A stretch of DNA of 12,558 nucleotides from a virus: positions 1-12,558 of IMG/VR virus record IMGVR_UViG_3300045988_106316; one strand, written 5' to 3'. Both the position numbers and the translations under genes were made by a program. Below are positions 7,468-12,558 of the stretch, piece by piece (positions within the stretch are counted from its first letter, which is position 1; every line of letters starts with the position of its first letter). Below the pieces are notes generated by a model. That model had not been told where the DNA came from. It saw only the letters and a program-made list of their open reading frames with translations, and did no database searches.

Positions 7468-7651
7468 TTCTGAGCACCTCCAAGATTCGGCTGAGCGCCT
7501 GCGTGTTGTTGTTAAGTGCATCGGTCATTTTGCTAACTTCCTCTTTGTGCGCATCGTCGCTCAGCCTGCGATCATAGAGCAAGTAGCAGCAGATTGCAAT
7601 AGGGAATCCCATTTGCTGGACAAACTGGACAAAAGTCTGCCAAAATTCCAT
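7448..7651 (-). CDS. Small single-pass membrane protein, YvrJ-like; candidate holin
   Basis: 67 aa, with RBS GGAGGTG 5 nt upstream. The N-terminal hydrophobic segment QQMGFPIAICCYLLY resembles the YvrJ-family core (GFPIVVTFYLL, from memory). The C-terminal tail is charged. It lies immediately upstream of, and overlaps, the endolysin gene. Confidence 0.5.
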   Translation of the reverse strand: MEFWQTFVQFVQQMGFPIAICCYLLYDRRLSDDAHKEEVSKMTDALNNNTQALSRILEVLRIGEGES

Positions 7652-7661
7652 GCTAACACCT

Positions 7662-7749
7662 CCAATAAAAATCAGTCAACCATTTTTGTGCGGATGCCTC
7701 GCGCGCCCCGCCCCTTCTGGGGGCTGCATGTGGGAGATGGTTGACTGTT
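7662..7749 (-). ncRNA. Candidate ~85-nt structured RNA or leader attenuator, closed by an 11-bp helix and a U-tract
   Basis: On the minus strand, CAGTCAACCAT (7747-7737) pairs perfectly with ATGGTTGACTG (7683-7673). The helix encloses a 53-nt GC-rich core with an inner GCCCC-N5-GGGGC hairpin and is followed by ATTTTTATT, then the RBS of the next gene. It starts a few nt downstream of the predicted transcription start of the 7756-7784 promoter. No coding potential. Confidence 0.35.
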
Positions 7750-7755
7750 GATATC

Positions 7756-7784
7756 ATTATATTCTGTTGTTGGAAAAATTGCAA
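7756..7784 (-). promoter_or_regulatory. Near-consensus sigma-A/sigma-70 promoter (late operon and/or small RNA)
   Basis: Minus strand: TTGCAA (7784-7779), 17-nt spacer TTTTTCCAACAACAGAA, TATAAT (7761-7756), with an A/T-rich UP-like tract upstream. It lies in the only sizeable intergenic gap (7652-7798). Confidence 0.65.
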
Positions 7785-7798
7785 TATATATTATAGTA

Positions 7799-8845
7799 TC
7801 ATATCATGCCTAGATAACCACGGAAAATAAGCTCTGTATCGTAACTATCAAACGTCAAATAGTTCTCAAAATATAGCGTTTTCATAAGCCCGTATCGCTT
7901 GCGCCATTGCTCAAGGCCGAACCCCTGCGGGTCATATGCGCGCGTTTTCTGCGCGGCCCTGCAAATATAAAATTCCCGGCGCGATTTGTGGCGATACATG
8001 CCGATTGTGCCAATCGTGCAAAGATATTCAAACTCGATCAGTGGCCGGGATGCAACCCTCGTCGGGTCTACATAAAACGCGTTGTTTATGGCCATTTCAA
8101 TAAAATCCTGCGGCGCGTTTTTGTATAGCCCGGTCTGCATTTTCCGGCGGCTTATCGGACTATCTTGCAATATAATCATTGCCCGGCTCCCATCAGGTGA
8201 GCGATAGATCATCTGTTTACCGCGAATCATTTTAATGGCAGTGCTCATAAAATCCCAACCAATATAATAGGGATTTGCTAGCTGATTGGCATTGCCCAAC
8301 AACAACGCTTTCACAGGCGCGAGGCCCTGCAATTCGCGATTTCTGTTCACTGTTTCATAAAAATCCAAAAACGCCGTGAACTCGTTCGTAAGCGTCCGCT
8401 CAGTCGTGAGCGGAATGTACTCATCAAAAACGATGGTATCAAACCCCGAAAAATCCATGCCGCGGACATTTGCCAACGCTGACAAACTCGTGCCCACGCC
8501 GAGTAGAGCACCATCCGGCGCGATTTTCCCGCGCTTATTCTGTGCGGCCTCGTAAAACGCGACCATATCAGCGGACAGGGAAAACGCCTGCACATTCCAG
8601 CCCATATCCTTGTTGAGTCGTGCAAAGGGGTTGCCCACAGGTGTCCGCGCTTTCAAGATCTGCGTGCCCCAGCGCCTCAACCACACAAATTTTCCGCCGC
8701 CATTGCGTACAATTTCAACCGCGCGCTTTGCGACTCCATATGTTTTTCCAGTGCCACGCGACGACGTGACAGTCACAAAATTAGACGCACTATCCCAAAT
8801 ATAATCAATATTTGGATAGCCATTATCAAGATACAACTTTCCCAT
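7799..8845 (-). CDS. DNA encapsidation (packaging) ATPase, phi29 gp16-like
   Basis: The ATG at 8845 (GGAGGG 9 nt upstream) gives 348 aa; the ORF-track TTG is at 8869. Walker A is SSRGTGKTYG and Walker B is DTIVFDEYI. Blocks match recalled gp16: NFVTVTSSRGTGKTY vs NFVIGARGIGKSY, KFVWLRRW vs QFIYVRRY, ETVNRNRE vs DTVFRNRE, and LGNANQLANPYY vs LSNAVSVVNPYF. Confidence 0.9.
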   Translation of the reverse strand: MGKLYLDNGYPNIDYIWDSASNFVTVTSSRGTGKTYGVAKRAVEIVRNGGGKFVWLRRWGTQILKARTPVGNPFARLNKDMGWNVQAFSLSADMVAFYEAAQNKRGKIAPDGALLGVGTSLSALANVRGMDFSGFDTIVFDEYIPLTTERTLTNEFTAFLDFYETVNRNRELQGLAPVKALLLGNANQLANPYYIGWDFMSTAIKMIRGKQMIYRSPDGSRAMIILQDSPISRRKMQTGLYKNAPQDFIEMAINNAFYVDPTRVASRPLIEFEYLCTIGTIGMYRHKSRREFYICRAAQKTRAYDPQGFGLEQWRKRYGLMKTLYFENYLTFDSYDTELIFRGYLGMI

Positions 8846-11006
8846 TTTGTTTAGCCCTCCAACTTCCAAACAAGTTTATTTTTGTAAGCAGCCGCTCATA
8901 ATCATCAGAATGAGACATTGTATAACTATTCTGCACCATCGCCACATTACGGGTAATGTGTAGATCGTGTCCATCCACTTTAATCCAAAAATCCGCGCTG
9001 TCATTGTAGACTGATATGCTGCCAGCCGCCAACGTCCAGACCATACCGCCCTCCCGCAGCCGTCGGCCTTTTTCATCCTTTTTATAACGCCCGGCTTCAT
9101 CTTGTGCATATCGTCCGGGTTTAAATGCAGGCAAGCCTCCGGCCTCTTTAAGTTCAAGCGCACCCAGCGTCAAACCTGCTGATTTGACTTTTTTTGTGCT
9201 GACACCTGAGACGGTCACTCCAAGTTTGCCATCACGTTCATAAGCATATCGTTTTGCCCCCTGCGTGATAAATCGGTCATAGCCATCCTCCTTGTCAAAA
9301 ACGCCCATATAATACACCTTGCCATTACGATCATGTGCATATGCTCCACAGCGTTTCGCGCGATCAACCAAGCGTGCATTGAGCTGAGACAAATCAATAG
9401 GAGCATCTGTTTTAACACTGTCAGTATCATTATAGACAATGTTGTCTCCCGCGATCTGTATTGCCTCGTGCAGCGCATAGCGCGCCCAAGCGGTCGTGTA
9501 TACACCCCATTGATAGGGGAAATATGCTTTTTCAAGCGCCTGCCGTTTTTCCTCGTCTGTTTTATGCACTGCTTGATAGTCGCCGTCGATAAATTGTATT
9601 GACTCGCGTATCGGGTCTTGCGCACTCATGCCATAGATGCCGTTCAACTTGTTCTTCGATTTCATATACTGGTATTGGCGCTCGTCCGCAGCATCTTCTG
9701 ATTCGCCGTCAGGGCCATTTTTCAACATTGTTTTATCCTGATAATATTTATCTATCACATCAAGATACTGTTTGGGCAGTGGCCCTTTGCGCGCGATCAT
9801 TGCTTCTTCACATGCGATTTTATCCGCGCAATATTGGCGCATAACAACCGCCAAATCGATTTCTGTAAGCGTCGTTGTGCAAAGATCTGCTGACAGCAAT
9901 CGGCCATTGTCAACCACAAAAACGCTGCTTTGCGTTTTTGACAGCGACAAATAGGGCACTGGTTCCCGCTCATTGCGTAAGCGTAAGCCGGAAAACACAT
10001 AGCGCCCGACAACCGCGCGCCCATGCCGGATATAATCAATGATGTTCGCCATTTGTAAATCATCGCCGCTGAGCCAGCGAAATGGGGTAATTGGAAAGTT
10101 TCTTGTTCTCTGCTGCGCGGGATATGCCGACGTTTCGTCATACGATTCGACGTTATCAAGGATTTTTCCCACTTTATAGCGATTTGCATGTGTATCACCG
10201 CCACGAAAAGCCGCCCGAAGCATCGCATACTCCCGTTGATAGGGGAGTATTGATTCGATCTTCCATCTAATCGGCCACAGCGCCGCTTTAGCGTCTCGCC
10301 GTACATAGCCGGTAGACGTGAGGGGCAACGTGTGCAGTGTATCTCCATCGCGTTTCATTTCCGTCTTGATCGCCTCCACAAGGCCCAATACATCGTTAAT
10401 ACAGTATTGCGTCTCATAGTCGGTCAATTCTGACCATGGATAGCGCACAATATCATAATCAAAAGTGTCACCGTCTAGTTTGCGATGCTCGCATTTCATA
10501 ATTTCTGTGAATTTTGATAGACTCATATTGCTATGCATGTAGCTACATCGAAATTCAATACAGCCCAGCATGCGCGCATATATCGGTTTGCGCGCCTCCC
10601 GCAAAAAGACTTCTTCCGGCTGGAATGGATAAAGCCCAGCCAGAAATTGAAATTCATAAGCGAGATTATGTACAAACATCACCAGATAAGGTTTTGTGTC
10701 AAGATTGTTCGATTCCTGCAAAGCCGCACACATTTCATCAACATGGCCGAGAAATGCAAAAAACTCATCCCAATAGCGGCCCATGATAACATCTGAGTTT
10801 ATTGCAACCTGCCACACATACATAAAAGCATGTGGCTCATCCTCGCCGTTCTCCATGCGATGCAAAACCGACGTTTCAATGTCGAAAGCCGCCACCACGT
10901 TGACATATTCCACTCGCTGACTTTTTGCACGCTTTCCGCGTTTTCGCGCTGCTATGCCGCTCTCATAGATACGCTCAAATGGGTAAGTCTCTGCTGTATA
11001 TATCAA
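8826..11006 (-). CDS. Protein-primed family-B DNA polymerase
   Basis: 726 aa. Motifs: Exo I AAFDIETS; Exo II FVHNLAYEFQF (phi29 YFHNLKFDGAF); Exo III QYCINDVLGLVEA; motif A SYDETSAYPAQ (Dx2SLYP); motif B KNKLNGIYGMSA (Kx3NSxYG); motif C IVYNDTDSVKT (YxDTDS); and the KxY-like GAKRYAY. The start must lie upstream of Exo I. TTG at 11006 overlaps the upstream stop (TTGA). Confidence 0.93.
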   Translation of the reverse strand: MIYTAETYPFERIYESGIAARKRGKRAKSQRVEYVNVVAAFDIETSVLHRMENGEDEPHAFMYVWQVAINSDVIMGRYWDEFFAFLGHVDEMCAALQESNNLDTKPYLVMFVHNLAYEFQFLAGLYPFQPEEVFLREARKPIYARMLGCIEFRCSYMHSNMSLSKFTEIMKCEHRKLDGDTFDYDIVRYPWSELTDYETQYCINDVLGLVEAIKTEMKRDGDTLHTLPLTSTGYVRRDAKAALWPIRWKIESILPYQREYAMLRAAFRGGDTHANRYKVGKILDNVESYDETSAYPAQQRTRNFPITPFRWLSGDDLQMANIIDYIRHGRAVVGRYVFSGLRLRNEREPVPYLSLSKTQSSVFVVDNGRLLSADLCTTTLTEIDLAVVMRQYCADKIACEEAMIARKGPLPKQYLDVIDKYYQDKTMLKNGPDGESEDAADERQYQYMKSKNKLNGIYGMSAQDPIRESIQFIDGDYQAVHKTDEEKRQALEKAYFPYQWGVYTTAWARYALHEAIQIAGDNIVYNDTDSVKTDAPIDLSQLNARLVDRAKRCGAYAHDRNGKVYYMGVFDKEDGYDRFITQGAKRYAYERDGKLGVTVSGVSTKKVKSAGLTLGALELKEAGGLPAFKPGRYAQDEAGRYKKDEKGRRLREGGMVWTLAAGSISVYNDSADFWIKVDGHDLHITRNVAMVQNSYTMSHSDDYERLLTKINLFGSWRAKQNGKVVS

Positions 11007-11695
11007 CGCCGAGCCTCGTCATCAAAAAATTCCATAGCAGCCTCATAGAGCGGCCCCAGCTCGCCTTCTGTTGACGGCTCATTATCAAGAGCGGATAAAG
11101 CTGCTTCGATTTCCTGCTCGCGATCTGCAAGATAATCTTGCATATCTGCAAGCACATCTTTCACAGATGCACCCTCGCGCATCTGGTCCGCCATGCGTCG
11201 CACCTCGTCGCGAAATTTATAAATGCTGTAATCCTGTTTTGCGCTATCCAAAAAATGGATGTAGTCCATCCAATCGTGGACATTTGTGGGATTGATAGCA
11301 CTCTGCATATCAGACGGCAACCAATCGCGCACACCATCGACAAAGTTTTTGGTTTTCTCATCGCGCCACAGCGAATTGGCGGCTTTTCGGCGCTGTTCAC
11401 GCTCTTTTGTGCGCCTTGTAAGCTCTCGGACACGATTATTATAATCCCTGATATACGCGTCTCGCTGCCTTTGTCTTTCCAGTTCACGCGCGCCAGACAC
11501 TGTTGTGTCCTTGCGCGCTACCAAGCGTTTCAGCCGAGCAAGCGAATTTCTGAGGTCTCGCGCTGTTTTAATATCCGCCAACCGCGCCCCCGTGTCAAGC
11601 GGATTGAATCCAGCAGACACAAGTCGTCTGCTTCGATCTTGTAATAAATTTCGGAGACGGCGATATTCTGCGCGGGTTTTTTCACTGCCAACCAT
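11003..11695 (-). CDS. Candidate terminal protein (replication primer), assigned by position
   Basis: 230 aa with RBS AAGGAGG 7 nt upstream. It lies immediately upstream of the protein-primed polymerase and is translationally coupled to it, as phi29 gp3 is to gp2. It is highly charged and helical, with a basic N-terminus and an acidic C-terminus. I recognise no sequence motif. Confidence 0.45.
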   Translation of the reverse strand: MVGSEKTRAEYRRLRNLLQDRSRRLVSAGFNPLDTGARLADIKTARDLRNSLARLKRLVARKDTTVSGARELERQRQRDAYIRDYNNRVRELTRRTKEREQRRKAANSLWRDEKTKNFVDGVRDWLPSDMQSAINPTNVHDWMDYIHFLDSAKQDYSIYKFRDEVRRMADQMREGASVKDVLADMQDYLADREQEIEAALSALDNEPSTEGELGPLYEAAMEFFDDEARR

Positions 11696-11709
11696 TATAC
11701 GACCTCCTT

Positions 11710-11736
11710 AAAAATGAGGCGGCCTAATAGGCCGCC
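11710..11736 (-). terminator. Intrinsic terminator/attenuator between the SSB and terminal-protein genes
   Basis: Minus strand: GGCGGCC, loop TATTA, GGCCGCC, then TCATTTTT, followed immediately by AAGGAGG and the ATG at 11695. It is a near-copy of the hairpin at 55-83. Confidence 0.65.
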
Positions 11737-11742
11737 ATAATA

Positions 11743-12099
11743 TCAACGTTTGCGTCTGTATTGAGACGTGGGCTGCGTATCAGACGGCGAGCGCGACATG
11801 AAATCAAACGTTTCAACATTGACTTCATGTGCATTCACGCGGCATCCGTCCTTATCGGTATAAGTATACAGCCGGATAGAGCCGCACAGCGCGAGCTTAT
11901 CGCCTTTACGGCAATACTTGCCAATGAGTTCAGCCGCGCCACCCCATGCCGTGCAGTGGAAAAAATCAGCCGGGTCATCTTTTTGCCGACCGGGCACTGC
12001 AAGCGTGAATTTTGCCAGTGTGCGAGTTTCGTCTTTAACTTGCACCTCGCGGATTTCAGGATCTGCCGTAAAACGACCTACGATATAAAGCTTATTCAT
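11743..12099 (-). CDS. ssb: Single-stranded DNA-binding protein (bacterial-type OB fold)
   Basis: The ATG at 12099 (GGAGG 6 nt upstream) overlaps the RHH stop (ATGAATAA), giving 118 aa. MNKLYIVGRFTADPEIREV...LAKFTLAV...DFFHCTAWGGAAE...KGDKLALCGSIRLYTYTDKDG fits the PF00436 SSB pattern. The C-terminus is basic (QYRRKR), not the canonical acidic tip. Confidence 0.85.
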   Translation of the reverse strand: MNKLYIVGRFTADPEIREVQVKDETRTLAKFTLAVPGRQKDDPADFFHCTAWGGAAELIGKYCRKGDKLALCGSIRLYTYTDKDGCRVNAHEVNVETFDFMSRSPSDTQPTSQYRRKR

Positions 12100-12262
12100 G
12101 TTCTGCCTCCATGCGCTTCGCGCGTCTATCTTTTTCATTGTAGTAGCGGTTGATAATCATTGTGAGCAGGGCTGACCGACTGATTCGTCGTTTCTCTGCA
12201 TCCGTGGTCAGGCGCTCCAAGAGCGCTGTATCTATTGTCACCGTCGCGGCTGTTTTCCGCAT
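12092..12262 (-). CDS. Ribbon-helix-helix (CopG/Arc/MetJ-type) DNA-binding protein, probable transcriptional regulator
   Basis: The ATG at 12262 has AGGAGGTG 6 nt upstream, giving 56 aa. The N-terminal beta-strand TVTID is followed by two helices (TALLERLTTDAEKRRISRSALLTMIINRYY), the typical RHH layout. The ORF-track ATG at 12280 lies inside the RBS. Confidence 0.65.
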   Translation of the reverse strand: MRKTAATVTIDTALLERLTTDAEKRRISRSALLTMIINRYYNEKDRRAKRMEAEHE

Positions 12263-12311
12263 AAAAAACACCTCCTGCATAAATCAGACCTTGGTAAGTG
12301 CCGCATAGCTC

Positions 12312-12506
12312 TTAAATATTCGCCCATCGTAACCACCCCCGCAGAATAAGCTCTGCGCTGCCTCCAGTGACTTGAGATAGCGCCTCAGCGCATGCGCTCA
12401 AATCGTGGATGAGATAGAGCTGCGCATAGCCGCAACGCCTCGATCTGACTATGATTGACAGCACTTCCCGGCGGATGAACTCTTGTATCGTTCCAGACTG
12501 ATTCAT
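12312..12506 (-). CDS. Hypothetical early protein (64 aa); start codon and RBS lie within the right ITR
   Basis: The ORF has RBS AGGTG 6 nt upstream of the ATG at 12506. I recognise no motif. Whether it codes is uncertain, because any promoter would have to fit in the terminal ~40 bp. Confidence 0.4.
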   Translation of the reverse strand: MNQSGTIQEFIRREVLSIIVRSRRCGYAQLYLIHDLSACAEALSQVTGGSAELILRGWLRWANI

Positions 12507-12558
12507 GATAACACCTCACTCTTCCACAAATTCCAAATCCCAACCATGGCCGTACATG
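12504..12558. repeat. Right inverted terminal repeat (55 bp)
   Basis: Perfect reverse complement of 1-55. Its inner end carries the RBS (GAGTGAGGTG) and ATG of the first minus-strand ORF (orf64). Confidence 0.95.

Noticed and set aside
7701-7727. G/C runs (GCCCCGCCCC ... GGGGG) as a possible G-quadruplex or protein-binding GC box
   Set aside because: Only two G4 runs occur on the RNA-sense strand, too few for a canonical quadruplex. The runs are better explained as stem segments of the structured element.
9215-10348. Nested minus-strand ORFs of 136 aa and 183 aa inside the polymerase gene, and similar ones at 3193-3498, 3992-4228, 4235-4543, 8347-8625 and 11161-11487
   Set aside because: They are out-of-frame overlaps with strongly supported genes. 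Their composition is Arg/Cys-rich and atypical. They have no RBS.
11138-12153. Plus-strand ORFs of 168 aa (11138-11644) and 130 aa (11761-12153)
   Set aside because: They are antisense to the well-supported terminal-protein-slot gene and the SSB gene. They have no RBS and no recognisable motifs.
1-12558. tRNA, rRNA, integrase, attachment-site or lysogeny functions
   Set aside because: No cloverleaf-like or rRNA-like segments were seen, and no recombinase-like ORF. The only regulator is a small RHH protein. I found nothing that supports a temperate lifestyle.

Overview
This window looks like the complete linear genome (12,558 bp) of a very small phi29-like podophage that replicates by protein priming. 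Perfect 55-bp inverted terminal repeats (ITRs) sit at both extreme ends. About 17 tightly packed, often overlapping genes all lie on the minus strand, and most have strong GGAGG-type ribosome-binding sites, which suggests a Gram-positive (Bacillota) host. Read right to left, the layout is: ITR, orf64, ribbon-helix-helix (RHH) regulator, OB-fold SSB, hairpin terminator/attenuator, candidate terminal protein, protein-primed family-B DNA polymerase, gp16-like packaging ATPase. Next comes a near-consensus promoter with a structured GC-rich RNA element. The late genes follow: YvrJ-like small membrane protein (candidate holin), NlpC/P60 endolysin, orf50, scaffold-like protein, major capsid protein, gp9-like tail knob, gp13-like tail lysozyme, gp10-like portal, gp11-like lower collar, pectate-lyase-fold tailspike, terminator, second terminator-like hairpin, ITR. 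The points most worth follow-up are: (1) the genome itself, which is among the smallest tailed-phage architectures and fully unidirectional; (2) the promoter plus closed structured RNA at 7662-7784, next to the packaging ATPase gene, which could be a small RNA (pRNA analogue) or an attenuator; (3) a terminator module duplicated just inside the left ITR and between the SSB and terminal-protein genes; (4) two matched 30-bp tandem-repeat arrays in the collar gene. All homology statements come from motif recognition and recalled phi29 sequences. No database search was run.
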